64,000 bases of DNA from Narcine bancroftii (Eukaryota): NCBI RefSeq assembly GCF_036971445.1, contig NC_091475.1, forward strand, positions 53,010,001 through 53,074,000, in the 5' to 3' direction. Positions 1-12,900 of this stretch are shown here, one piece after another; positions within the stretch are counted from its first letter, which is position 1; the number at the start of each line of letters is the position of its first letter. Made by a program: the position numbers and the translations under genes. The notes beneath the pieces are model-generated. The model was given only the letters and a program-made list of their open reading frames with translations. It had not been told where the DNA came from and ran no database searches.

Positions 1-17
1 TCAATCCTGGAGAGGCA

Positions 18-145
18 GGAAACTGCAGATGCTGAAATCTGGAACAAAAAAATTAGCTAGTTCCTGAAGGAACTCAGCAGGTCAAGGAGCATCTGTGGGG
101 AAAGGGGGAGACGAAAGGACTTGTTAAAGTTTAGGATTGAGACCA
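18..145 (-). mobile_element. Penelope-like terminal repeat fragment
   Basis: ctgcagatgctgaaatctgg...ggaactcagcaggtcaaggagcatctgtgg; the same motif recurs at 12080, 16200, 44510 and 63700. Confidence 0.6.
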
Positions 146-199
146 CACATATTTTTAATCATATTTGCAAATGGGAAGAATGCTGTTCATCACTATAAT

Positions 200-720
200 T
201 ATTGAATCCTACACTGGAGCTGCACCACCCCACGTTGGTTCATGCCCTCCTCCAAGGGGCCATGTCCTTCAACAGTATACAATGCTGTAGAAGTCACTGA
301 GGATTGTTCTTTTGGATTGGTTTCCTCATCTTGGATCTCAACGCAGTACATTCCAAAGTCCACCAACCCTATGTCTGATGTCTGAATCATTTGAACACAA
401 ATGTGGGTTTGGAACAGACATTGGGAATGTTTGACGGCAGTCATTTGCTATTTTAAACAGGATCTCTTCAGTCTATTCATGACTGTTTTTGCATCCCTCT
501 GAGGTGTGCCAAGGACCAGAACAAATTGTGCAAATGGTCCTTCACTCTTCATATCTTCAGATCCCTAAATAAATTCCAGCATAATTACAATGAAATGAAG
601 GGCACTGTTCATATCCACAAGATTCCACACACTCTCGTCCAGGCCCATAATCTTGGTGACATATCTTGATGCATGTCCATTTCTTACATCCATTTTAGAT
701 GTTTTATTATGCAGTAATTT
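200..720 (-). mobile_element. Old degraded LINE 3' region, probably RTE clade; a second copy of part of it lies at about 1214-1330
   Basis: Minus-strand remnant ending C..C..S.IGL-like; segment 378-490 is repeated with divergence at 1214-1330. Confidence 0.35.
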
Positions 721-1384
721 GTGTTGGCAATTAGCCATTGACAAAAGCATAAATATTTATTGCTTCAAGCTTACAAAACTGTGACATGAATTGAAGAGGC
801 CAGCTCTTCCCTTTCCATGCACAATTTAGCTGTCAGTATATTTTTAATGAAACACTTTATTAACAGAACTCCATATTTTCCTTATGAAATTAAAGGAGGC
901 AATTCAACTTAATGAATCAGTGCTAGCACTCACAGGTCAATCCCATTCCAGTCATAATTGTTGCAGTAAATATTTTCAGAACATAACTGTGTAAAATTAT
1001 TTAGTTCTTATTCTTTCTTGTACTTGGAAGATCAGGCAGCACTTGTAAAAAGAAAAGGAGAGTTTGTATTTCTGGTCAGACTCATCACTTACATTTCTAA
1101 TCATTTTCCAGCTTCCCAAAATGTCAATCTGTATGCTTTCCTGAACACTTTCAAAATTTTCATTGTTTTCTAAACTATTTTAAGAGCAACTTTTGAGTTA
1201 TGTTGCTTGATTAATGTCTGAATCATGTGAGCACAAAATGTGATTTTGGAGCGGACACTGGGAATCTACCACATTTAACTGCAGTCCTTTGCTGTTTTGA
1301 ATGGGATCCCTTTGGTCTGTTTATCACTCTGTATATCTTCCCACAATATTATAATGGATGTCACAGCATTATTTAATTTGGAGG

Positions 1385-1560
1385 TACAGCATGGTTACAG
1401 GCCCATCTAAACCACAAGCCCATGCTATCCAAATACACCCCTGTGACCAGTTGAGCTTCTAACCCACACATCTTTGGAATGTGGGAGGAAACTGGAACAT
1501 GTGGAGCCACACAGATACGGGGAGGAAGAACAAACTTCTTACAAACAGCACCGGATTCTG
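1385..1560 (-). mobile_element. V-SINE-type tRNA-derived SINE (partial)
   Basis: Reverse of the core gtttcctcccacattcc and the CR1-like tail (tacagcatggttacaggcc). Confidence 0.65.
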
Positions 1561-1959
1561 TCCACTTGCATCTTGATTATGAAATGCCTTCCATACTGTG
1601 ACAAAAAATATCAATTAGTTACTGGTTTGCTGAATGGGCTCATGCTATTTATTCTGAATATCATGTCATTCACTGCCCAAGATTGTATGCTATGCCAGAA
1701 CATGGGTCAAATTCATATTGCTGCACCATTCCACTAATTCACCTTCTTTCCCTGCTCCCTTTTGTTATTTGTTTTAATTGAAACTCTGTTTCACAAACAT
1801 AAACATGCAAAAAAAAATTAATGAACAATTAATACATCATGTTGCAGCTAAGAATAGTTTGTCTTTGATGTGACTCGTCTGTTTGGTGGTTTCAGGATGC
1901 AAATTAACCACCATTGTTGTGATTATCAGTATTAAACGTTCATGTAAAGAATATGGGGA

Positions 1960-3590
1960 TAGAGAAAGAGAGAGACTTGGGTGAAGGGTTTAATTAAAAA
2001 AATGGAAAAGCCAATGTTAATGCTGTCTGTTTGGAAAATGCCCAGATGGAATATTATATGTTGTTCCTACAATATGTGTAGAATTAAAATGTTTGGGCTC
2101 TGGGTGGTCGTTGTTATTGTACTGGACAGAGTGAAGGTGCTCAACAAAATGATCTCCCAATTGGCATCGAGTCTCTCCGATGTAGAGCAGACCACAATGG
2201 GAGCACTAGATGCAGTAGATAACCCCTGCAGATTCACAAGTGAAGTGTTGCTTTACTTGAATCCATTATTTGGGTTCCCACGTGGTAGTGATGGAAAAGG
2301 TGTGAGCACATGCAGTATATTTTGCAGTCACAGGGTTAGGTACCAAAAGAGCGATTAGAGGGAAGGGAAGAGTGAATGAAGGGGTCCTGGAGAGAGTGGT
2401 ACCTATAGAAAGCGGAGAAAGGGGGCAAAAATATGTATGCTGGTGGTCTGTAGGTTGCAGAAATTGTGGAGGATAATATGTTGGATGAGGAGCAGTGGTT
2501 CTCAACCTTTTTCCATTCACATACTACATTAAATATACCCTATTTCATAGGTGCTCTGTGATTAGTAAGGGATTGCTGAAGGTGTTATGTGGGTGGAAAG
2601 AAAAAGTTTCAAAACCACTGTTTTAATTGTACCTAATTGACTCGTTGTATGCATGGTTTCATAACTCCAAAGGAAATTAACCAATGACAATTTTTCTCAA
2701 GCAAAATATTTCAGTAGCAATTGGGTCTAGATCAATAATTCTCAACCTTCCCTTCCCACTCACATACCACCTTAATTAATGCCTTACTAATCACAGAGCA
2801 TCAATGGCATTGGGATTGCTTAAAGTGGTATGTGAGTGGAAAGAAAAAGGTTGAGAACCACTGATGTGGAGGGTGGTATGCGAGGACAAGGGAATCCTAT
2901 CCTTTTTGCATCTTGAGGTGGAGTGGGCCAGGGCAGATGATCGAGAACTAGAGGAGATGTGGGAAGGGCTGAGTTGATGGCAGTAGAGAGGAAGCCATTT
3001 TTATTTGAAGAAGGCAGACATCTCGGATGTTCTGGAATGGAAGACCTCATCCTGGGAATAAATGTGGTGGAGGCAGAAGAATTGAGAGGAAGGAATAGAA
3101 TCCTTATGGGGGACAGGGCATGAAAGGGTGTTGGTAGATTCGTGGAAAGTATCTGTAGAGACTTTTTCTCCTAGGATGGAGACAAAAAGAGATCAAGAAA
3201 GGGGAGAGTGTTGGCAGAGATGGACCAAGTAAATTTGAGGGCAGGATGAAATTTAGCAGCAAAATGAATGCAGGAGGCAGCACCAATGTAGAGGAGCCTT
3301 GCCTATGTAAGCTTGTTGAATGGAATGTGTCACAAAGGCAACAAAAGGGCAGGCATTCTCTTGGACCCATGTAGGTACCCATGGCTACCCTTTGACTTGG
3401 AGCAAGTGAGTTGAATCAAAGGAGAGGTTAATGAGGGTGAGCACAAGTGAAGGAGTCTGGTGCTGGTGGAGGGTGACTGGTTGGGTCTATTGTTGAGAAA
3501 GAAACAAAGGGCTTTGAGTTCTTCAGTATGGGGGATTGAGGTGTATAGAGGTTTCATGTACATTGTGAAAAAGAGGCAGTTTTTGTCGTA
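1960..3590 (-). mobile_element. Penelope-like retroelement remnant (RT plus GIY-YIG endonuclease), interrupted by a hAT MITE
   Basis: Minus-strand peptides LYTSIPHTEELKALCFFLNNRPNQSPST and MGTYMGP (Penelope RT), and GVIYCI.CSHCGLLYIGETRCQLGDHFVEHLH (GIY-YIG) at about 2130-2230; frameshifts and stops present. Confidence 0.88.
2493..2863. mobile_element. hAT/Charlie-type composite MITE, copy 1
   Basis: TIRs CAGTGGTTCTCAACC / GGTTGAGAACCACTG; 8-bp TSD atgaggag / atgtggag. Confidence 0.9.
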
Positions 3591-3718
3591 ATGGAGGTCA
3601 AAAAACAGATGGATTACAGGTACACAGTCATGAAAAACTAGACACCAGCAATGCAAGCAAACTGATGTTGGCCTGATGTATATTCCCCCATGTCTTCAGA
3701 TAGACAGAGCAGACTCTC

Positions 3719-4084
3719 GCCCCTTTTCCATTGGCATCTTGTCCCAGGAATTAATGGGAAATTAATTGGTTTAGGGTCTGATGGAAAAGGAAAACAATCA
3801 GCATGCTGGCATCAAATCACGCCGGGGATTGACAGCCTCTACCCCTATCCATGTCCCCAGTGTCAGCTGGTGCCGGCATGCTGATTAAACCAGTGGAAAA
3901 AGGGCAACTTCCATCTATTCCATTCCATTCAAAGGTAGATTCTCTGATCCCTGGGGATGAGTTATGTTCAAAGGAAAAGCAGTCAGTGTCCCGGTTAAAG
4001 GTGGCCCAGTGGAAACAGCACAGGGGGTTTCCTATCCCGGGATACTGCACGACCAATTAACTGGGATGCCAGTGGAAAAAAGGC
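3719..4084. mobile_element. Non-autonomous DNA transposon (MITE family B), copy 1
   Basis: TIR gccccttttccattggcatc / gatgccagtggaaaaaaggc; collinear full-length copy at 23385-23750; superfamily unresolved. Confidence 0.85.
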
Positions 4085-6231
4085 TATTTTAAAAAGCACA
4101 AACAAACCATCGCGATATCATTTGTTTGAATGTATCCATCATTTTGATCAGTGCTCTCTGTGCTGAAAGGACATGAACAGAAAATGCTTGAAACACACTT
4201 TCAGTCATGCAGCATCTGTGAGGAGAAGAACAGAGTCTGAAGTGGGTGATGATGTCTCTCTTTCTAAATCATGACTTCCTAGTCCAGTCTTTTCAGTTTG
4301 TTAAGTAGAATTCCAGTAGTGATCTGGTGAAGGAATATGTCCTTGTTGAAGTAGTTGACTGTTGCATTTTGTCAATTTGATGTGCAAAACCTAAGCAGTG
4401 GTTTTCTTCACAATGCCCAGCCACTGCAGAAGACCTGCTGTCTTTCAATGTCCATGCACACGCACTTTGGATTAAGACGTCAATGCCAGGCTATATTGTA
4501 GCACTCAAATTCTGTTTAAGTTCGATCAAAACCATGAGGGTTGTTTGCTTCTGTGCAATTTTTCATGGCAATTGGTAAATCTCCATGTTTTAGTGATTTA
4601 TCATGAGTGAGCAATTATATTGTTGCATACTCTCATGTTAGGCATTCAAATCAAAACACTTAATTATCCATCAGTGTTTAATTCAACAGTGGCAACAAAT
4701 TTACAAATTATTTTCATACTTGCAAAAGTCTGGATATACTTTGAAATTTTTTAAAATACACTTTGAACAAAAGAACAAGATTTCACAAAAAGACATTGGT
4801 AATGAAGTGGAATCTGTTTGGAATGCACCGTAGCTCAGTCCATTAAAATATGTTCGATAGCAGTTGGTTTCTGTGTGAATGCAGTGCCTTAAAAGAAAAC
4901 ACCAGGAAATATGCAAAAGAGGCTGAGTTAAAGCAGCAACTTTGTTTTGTCTCTTGTTACCTATTTGTTTGAATAACCTTTGTTCTTATTCAGGTGTCAA
5001 AAATGCTTGATCATAGCATTGAAATATATTTGGGATTATGACTATTAAGGCTTAATCTATGATGAGGAAATTTTTAAATTTGGAATGTCATCATCCAAAT
5101 CTACGTAGAGATTGCAGAAAATGCAGAAGCTGAAACTGCGATTTGACTTAAAACAGATACAGGCCCGATAAATGGAGCTCTCCACGATAATTTGAATGCT
5201 CAACATGTAAAAACTCATTTGGATGGTTTTGTCATGTGTTTAATATTCAAGCAAAGAAGAGCATTGTGCTGTTTTTAATTTATGGTTTGTAATTAATTAA
5301 GCAATAACAGCTGTTGTATTTTGTCATTTCGTTCAACTGTGTTAGTACATTCATCAGAGAATGAAAATCCCCTTTATTCCATTGAATTGAGCAATTAGCT
5401 CCGAAGAAATTTTTCAGAAACGAGGTTCAAATTGGCTTTGTTTGTGTTGGGTCGCGTTAGAGGCCCTCCCATTGCTGACTGAAGGTGAACAAGTGTGAGA
5501 TGCTGCCTTTGTGTTGCCCGCAGCATCAGGTTGGAGAATGAGAATGATGCTGAGGAGGTAGACAATGTGATAGGTTAAATTAGGATCAGCGTTTCACTTG
5601 AGACTCTTGGCTTCTCATTGTTGGGCTGAAGCCCATGTGTCTTTGCACCAAAGTAAACGAGATGAAGATGTGGCAATATAAATTGAAACTTTACCCAATA
5701 TCACGTCAAGAATAAAAGCAGCATGATGTTTGATGGAAGAGACTCTCTATTTATGGTTTGAACTACCTGGCAGGCATAAAGTCAGGCTCTTCTGCTGTTT
5801 CAGCTAAGAGTAAAATGTTCTTGGCTGGTACCTTTGAATATTTTTTTACAAAATAGTACTTTGAAAAAATGAACAAACAAAATTCTAGTAGTTAGCTTGC
5901 AATTTCTGCATTTAAAAAGTAAGATCAATCAGCTTATTATCAAAGGTCAGAAAAATATTGGAATTCCATCCAAAGGAGAAGATAAAACATTAAAGTGGAA
6001 AGTACAATAATGAATGGTCATTATACATTTGAAAAGGGACATCTAACAAATCCAGTCTGAGTGATTTTTTTTTAAAGAGGGTCTGTGTCATCTATTTTGT
6101 GCATGTGTCTTAAAGAATAAAATGTGCCAAAGAGTGTAACTTTTCGTAAGTTGTTATGTCAATCATTGCTGTCAATTGGACGTTGTTTGATATCAATAAA
6201 GGCTTGCAAGTAACAATCTGCTGTAAGAGTG

Positions 6232-6850
6232 GTCAGTATTTTGGGCCAGAACCCTTCCTCAAGACTGAGAGTGCAGGGGGAGACAGCCAGTATAATGATA
6301 ACAGGCTGGGAGGGGTTGGACAGGGGATAGTTGGGGTTGCTGAACCAAGGATGATGGACAGAGGTAGTTGATTAGCAGGTGTGATGGAAAGGGAGAGAAA
6401 GGCAAAAGGAAAAAATGTGAATCAGGTGGCAGGACAAGTCAGAAAGGGTGAAGGGTGCAGGTGATAAGTGGAGACCAAGGCTGCCAGTGCTCGAAGTTCA
6501 CAAAGGGAAAAGGCAATGAATGTCATTGGGGAGAGGTGGAAGACAGATGAGATGAAGTGGAAACAGAGGGGATTGGATGGGGATGTGTGCAGGGGGCAAT
6601 AGAGCCAAATATCCAGGAGAGAAATGTGGGTAGAAGAGGATGGAACAGGAATGAGAGGGGATGAGAATGTGTGTGGGTCTGGGTGAAGTGGGTGGGGAAA
6701 GCAGATACAAAATGGCGGGGAAGAAGTAGTAGCTTGGAAAAAGAGAGCGGAGACTCATCTCCTGAAATTGAAAAATGTGAAATTTATACCTTTTTCCGAT
6801 TGATGATGTTCGACCCATAGATTCCAGTATCTGCAGTATATCGTTTGTCG
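6232..6850 (-). mobile_element. Penelope-like 3' region with terminal repeat
   Basis: Reverse hammerhead-type core (tcagtcttgaggaagggttctggcccaaaat) followed on + by the GA-rich tract typical of these elements. Confidence 0.6.
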
Positions 6851-7789
6851 TCATTAACAGCGTGTTTATTTGAAGCTCTATTTTCTATCCATGCCATATG
6901 AAACAGAAATAAATTGAGGGTCTACATTCCCTATATTGGTGATGAGGATGGTATATTGTTGGGCAAATGTAGCAAGACAGTAATCAAATTCAAAGAAAAG
7001 CAAACAGGACACTATTAAGAGAGTGATAATGATGGCAAGTGGAGGGTATGGCAAATATGAGAAATTACAGCCATTATCTTAGTACATGTAGTGGGTGGAG
7101 ATATTCCTGAGAGCGAATGATCTAACCAGGCTGATTCAGAAAATGGACTGATCCCATCAGCTGTGAAAAGAGGAGGGCAAAACAACTAACAGTGGTGGAA
7201 CTGGAGATATCACGAAAAATGGACAAGATGACCCACAAGACCACTGTGAGAACTTAGATGGGACATGTTAATCCAGCACGTTGTGATTTTTAAGAGTTTC
7301 ACCTTTCACTTGGTTGGCCAAGGGTGTAAAGAAATGGGCAAATGTGTTGTCAGATTCAAGATATTGGCTGGAAGGTGCTATCTTTAGACCTTTGCAGATT
7401 TGGATAGTTAATTGGCATAAATTGCTGGAACGACTCTGGAGGTTCTGAGGAAGATGGGTTTCCACTGGAGGTAAGTGAGTCAACTTAATTTCCATGGTGT
7501 TGAGGAATTAATTGAATTGAGTGACTGTGTGCTGCAAAGTATTGCAGTGTTGGAACATTCGAGCTATGTGGTCCAGAAGTCAGCTGGGTTCCAGAGGCCC
7601 ATTGTCTGGATCTCGTACCAGGATTAACAGTTTCATCAAGGTGGCCATGCAGAATGAGAAATCAATACCCATTGCATAGACAGGTGAAGATAAACTGGGG
7701 AGACAAAGGTGATGGAGGCAAGTAACTCTTACCAATTGATGGAACTGGCCTTACAGAGACATCAACTTTGTCACCTTTCATCATCCCAT

Positions 7790-7970
7790 GACTATAAGAC
7801 AGAGAGGCAGAAATAGGTCATTCAGCCCATCGAGTCTGCCCCACTATTTTATCATGAACTGATCCTTTTCCCTACTCAACCCATTGCCTGGCCGTCTCTC
7901 CATAACCTTTGATGCCCTTTGCTGATCAAGAATCTGTCTTTCATAACAGCCAATGAACTAGCATCCACAG
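7790..7970 (-). mobile_element. CR1 LINE 3' tail
   Basis: ataagacagagaggcagaaataggtcattcagcccatcgagtctgcccc..ccataacctttgatgccc, the reverse CR1 3' end. Confidence 0.65.
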
Positions 7971-8340
7971 GAGGAGATGTCCTGAGTGGCAAACAGTAAC
8001 TCATGAATTGTTGAAGACAGGTTGTGGTGGAAATGAAGATTTTGTTCACTCTGAGTAATGAATGGAATCATGATTCGAAGTCATGACCAGTACAGTAGTG
8101 GACTTTATGACTATTTCAATGAAAGACGACATCTGCTTCACCAGAGGGTTCAGACAATGGGTGGGCTGTTGATGAATCATCACAGAGTCCAGAGGTAAAA
8201 ATTCGGCCAGTCTATTGATCAACCAACATGCACATGCAAGGGAGAAACGCTGGCAAAGGAATTTCAGGTTGACAGAGTATAGTGTTTCATATATTAGAGA
8301 GAACCAGTTTAGAGGTGTCTCAACTAGACCCTGTCTGAGT

Positions 8341-8550
8341 GAAGCACAAAAGTTTGCAGGTGCTCTGATTGTAATAAAAACACACCAAAATGCTGGAGGA
8401 TCTCCGCCAGTCTTTCAGCATCCAAAGAATACAAAAAGGGCTCATTCTGCTTATTTCTTGAGGAAGGGCTCAGGCCCGAATCATCGGCAATATATCCTTT
8501 GTCTCCTATGGATGCTGAAAGTTCCTCCAGCATTTTGATGTGTTTTTACT
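8341..8550. mobile_element. Penelope-derived fold-back element with hammerhead-like core
   Basis: Inverted arms aaaaacacaccaaaatgctggagga / tcctccagcattttgatgtgttttt around ttgaggaagggctcaggcccgaatc (8458-8482). Confidence 0.7.
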
Positions 8551-9349
8551 TCGATATTTGGGACTGATATTTCTCATACATCCAGCCTACTTTTGTTATC
8601 TCAAGATGGCAAAGCATTTAAAGTCTTTGCGTCCTGTGCTCTTGACCAAATAACCTTTGCTGTCTGTCGCAGTTTGAACAACCAGTGCTGAGCTCATGAC
8701 TCCTCTGTTACTAAGCTTCTGAAGCGCTTAATTTGTTAAAATGGACTTTGCCAACATAGTCTTTTAACAGCATACAATATATTTTAAGTTGCAGTTGATA
8801 GTTAACTTATAGGGTTACGTAATTAACTCACACAATGAGTCATTTAAGAGAATCAAATCAACCTACACAATCATGATGTCATAGAACAATTATATCAGAG
8901 GTTGGTGTTTGTGCTTAGACTGTTTCAAAACCCCACCAGCCTACACCAAACACACACAGTGAAACTGATGCTGAAATACAGTGGGATGTTGGAAGGTGTC
9001 ACATTTGACATGGAATCACTTCAGTCAATTCAGATCGTGCGTTTGAGGTGGAGGAGTCTGCATAGGTATTGAAGAAAGATATGGTCTCTGGGATTCTAGT
9101 GCATAATCAGCAGAAGGGCTTGAATCAGACTGGGGTTAACCTGGATACCTTGTAATACCATGAAGGGGAAATTTAAGGATGAGGAGGATCTCATGTTATG
9201 CTCCCTCAGGTTTAGACACACTGAAATTGGTCAAAAGAAGAGAAGATGGGAACCATGGTGACTGAATTGCATGCATCTCCTTCCTATTAACTCTGGTCAT
9301 GCTGTAATAAAAAGATGATGGATTAGAAATTGATTGTGTTCGTGTTTAT

Positions 9350-9610
9350 AGAAACATAAATGCTAAGAGCACAGGAGGTCACTCAGCCCTTGAAGTCTGT
9401 ACTGACTCTTCTCGCCTTGCTCTTCTCCACCTTATATTTATCCATTCTCCTCATGAAGGGTGCACTGTTACTTGTCTCCGTCAAATCCATAGATTGTGCA
9501 TTCCAGATTCCAGACACACACTGAATAACAAAATCTCTTCTCCATATGTCTCTTCAATCGTTTTCCCTTTATTTTGAATCTGGTGCCTCGACTCTTCTGC
9601 CTGTCTGTTC
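9350..9610 (-). mobile_element. Old CR1 3' end
   Basis: gcattccagattccagacacacactgaataacaaaatctcttctcc, similar to other reverse CR1 tails in the window. Confidence 0.5.
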
Positions 9611-11299
9611 TTGGAACAGTTTTCCTCTCTCGGCTCTGCCCAGACCCCTTGCCATTTTGTACTTGGTGCTTCAGCTCCTCTTCCCATCTTCTCCTGGAAC
9701 GGCTTCCCCCTGCTGCCTCTCTCCCTAGACTCCTCACCATTTTGTGCACTTCCATCATATCAGCTCTCAGCTTCCCTTCTCCAAACTTCCCTTTTCCAAC
9801 TTCTCTCATCCAATCTTCTGCCTGCAATTTCTCATCCGAGGAATCAATCTCATTATTATTTTCTGGAGCTCCTGTCAGATTTCCCAATCCTTAGTCAGTA
9901 AATGACCATTTTCTTTTCATCGTCATGGTTGTCAACTCCATGTATGTCTTGTAAATATTTACCAGTACAATGTTATACGTACATAAATCATGAAAGAAAT
10001 GAATATTCGAGGGTTTGTTTCTTTTATAGGGGAAAAGTTATTTCTCTTCAGTCTGTCTATAACATGCTGGATATTGTTACCTGTTTAAAAAAATAATGTT
10101 TGGAAAGAAGTTCTGATACCTATCCAAAACAAATAACACACAAGCCCTGCAGGAAGAGGGGGAGTTCAAAAAAAAAGCAGTGAAGCGGCAGATATAATTT
10201 TAGTGTAATTATAAGGCTTGATAAGTATCCTCTAATGGACCAATGAATGTGTTGCTAAAGGGATTGCTGTATGGCTTCTGGACAAATAGAAAAAAATATA
10301 TTTCAGGGGAGCTGGAAAGCAGCTGTAAGAATGGGATCAGGGCTTCTGCTAATACAGGAAAAAAAAGACAGGTGAGGCTCCTTCAGAGAGCACACACACA
10401 CCAGACAGACTGTGGAGGGTTGAATGGCATGTTTCTGTTGTGTACATCTTATCCACACAACGCTCTGTACGTTGAAAGAGTCCAAACGTTTCATGACTTG
10501 TTCAGAAGGAATGCATGCTTGCTGATACCTCCGAACCATCAAAGTTTTCATCACTGCCAGAGAAGAACTTTAACAAGTCTCTGTCGAGAGTTCCTGCTCA
10601 CCAGGAAATTCTCCACAAAAACCCAAGAAGCCTCTGATCTACTGGAAAAGATGGACGGACAACTAACTATCTGTAATATAAACGAAAGCAAACCTCATCC
10701 AGTTATCATAAATGCAAATCCATTGTTTTGCCCACAGAAGATATACCTCATCAGTTAAATAAAATGTATATGTAAATTAATTTTAATGACCAGAAAATAT
10801 ATTTTTTTTTCTAACAGGTGGCCCTAATGACCTATTTTGTCATTAAATATGAAATTGACCTCAAAATCTGATGGATGCTCATATGTTCTCATGCCAAGCA
10901 GTTTTGTGCCATAAATCAGTTTAATTCTTGCCTTTCTGCCAGGTTGTTCTGAGTTGAGGATCAGAAAGAGAGGGTTGTGCATTAAAGCCCCACTTCAGTC
11001 ATTTCTCATAATGGATGATCAAATCAGGTTCAAGGTCATCACTGGGAAAATAACCCCTCCCCATGCAATGGGTAAGAGGCACATGCTGAGGAAATTTTAG
11101 GATGTGCTTTGTTTAAAATTCCAATAAACATATAAGTAAATATTCTATAATTGTTAAAGGAGGTGAAGGTATTTTTGATTTTCGTGTTTGCATATTTTTC
11201 ATGATAATGTGTGACTTGGCTCTTCTGTGTTCTGTGACAATGTTTCATTGCGGATTTGGATGCTGATCTGTATCTCGTTTTACAATAGTTTCCACATGC

Positions 11300-11690
11300 T
11301 AATTTTCCATCTGGGTACCCTCCAATCAGATGGCATTTTACATCAACTATGGTTTCTGTTCAGCCACTCCCCGTTCTCCCTCTCTTACCCATCCCTCTGT
11401 CTCCTTTCCTCCAGCCCTCCACCCCCTTCCCTCTCCATTCAGTGAGCTGTCACCCTGCTCAAAAATTTCTCAGCTTTATTTTCCCTCTTCTGTCCTCCCA
11501 CCCATAGCCACCAGTGACCTCTTGCCTGTGGGCCTGTTCTTCTCCCCCTGCCCATCTCCCCACCATTTTATTCAACTGCCTGCCTGTTTTTTGCTCATAC
11601 ATTGATCAAGGCCTCAGGCCCAAAATGTTTGTTGTGTATTTTTATCTTTGCTATATAATGAACAATGCAGATTTTCCTGTTTAACTCCTT
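11300..11690 (+). mobile_element. Penelope-like 3' end (end of ORF, CT-rich tract, terminal repeat)
   Basis: IFHLGTLQSDGI (Penelope C-terminus), pyrimidine tract, and attgatcaaggcctcaggcccaaaatgtt core. Confidence 0.75.
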
Positions 11691-12039
11691 AATTATCTTG
11701 TCATTTTCTGAACCAAAATATTGGTTGTCAGTGCTGTTATATTGATGGGTGATGGAAGCTGTCCCAAGATGAGGATCATGTGACATTTTGAAATTGCATT
11801 GAGAAAGCATTCTCAGGCTGCATTTCATATTGCTTCATTAAGTGGACGTTACATGTGCAGCCAAGGTGGAAGTAATGCGAGTTTCATCTTGGTTTGTTTC
11901 TTTTTGGTGGGGGGGGGGGGGGGTGAGGGAGGTAGTTGAGTTTATTGTGTCAGTACCTTCAGTTGAACATTATAGGGAAAGTGGGACAGGGAGGGTCCTT
12001 GGCCAATTTGGAAAACTTTGAACATACAGAGTGAAACAG

Positions 12040-12232
12040 GGAGGTTTTCAGACGCTGTGATTATTAGTTAATACACAAAAGTGCTGGAGAAACTCAGCAG
12101 GTCCTGCAGCATCCACAGGAGGCAAAGAAAACCAATATTTTGGGCAATATTTAGCTATATATCTTTCTCTGTGGGTGATGCAGGACTTGCTGAGTTTTTC
12201 CAGTACCTTTGTGTATTAACTAATAATCCCAA
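12040..12232. mobile_element. Penelope-derived fold-back element (long hairpin)
   Basis: Arms of about 65 bp, gattattagttaatacacaaaagtgctggagaaactcagcaggtcctgca.. / ..tgcaggacttgctgagtttttccagtacctttgtgtattaactaataatc; possible TSD catacagag at 12023 and 12234. Confidence 0.8.
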
Positions 12233-12900
12233 GCATACAGAGATGTTCAAATCCAAAAATCAGTGAGATCAAGTGTGGGTACATTCTTAATAGGGATGAG
12301 TGAATGCATCAGATCAAAATGCTAAGACCTAATGACTTTAGTTGACACTTTACAAAAGAAAAGTGCATACGTGGAACAGAAACATAAGGGGAAATGAGGA
12401 AGGCTGTGACAAATGATCAACAACATAAAGGGGAAAGAAAAAGACTTTTATCAACACATTAATCAACACTTGCGATGCAAATTTCTCCTTGAGGGTCAGG
12501 GATGATGAGGGTGCTTATCAAATATTTTCCCACAAGTCTGGCAGTTGATGATAAGAATTATTCTTTGGGAATAAATGTGCAAGATTCACTTCAGGCAATA
12601 AATAATCAAAGTAGTGAATGGAATCTAATGTTGAAAGATCACCAGGCCTGGATGGTGTACATTACAGAATACTGAAAACATACAGCTAATTTGGAAGCAC
12701 AGTTTGTTGAGGAGTGTTTGCATAAATCAGATGTAATCAACGTCGATTTGTGAAGGACAACTTTGTGCTGTATAACAAGAGTCACTGCACAACCACTAAC
12801 TCAGATCACATCTCTGAATGGTTTGCATGACATCAGAAATATTCTAAATTTAAGCCTTTTCAACTTTATTTTAGTTCTTGAGCAAATCATAAACTGTATT

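Noticed and set aside
10243-10758. 171-aa plus-strand ORF
   Set aside because: Begins in an old CR1-like tail; no recognisable domain or exon structure.
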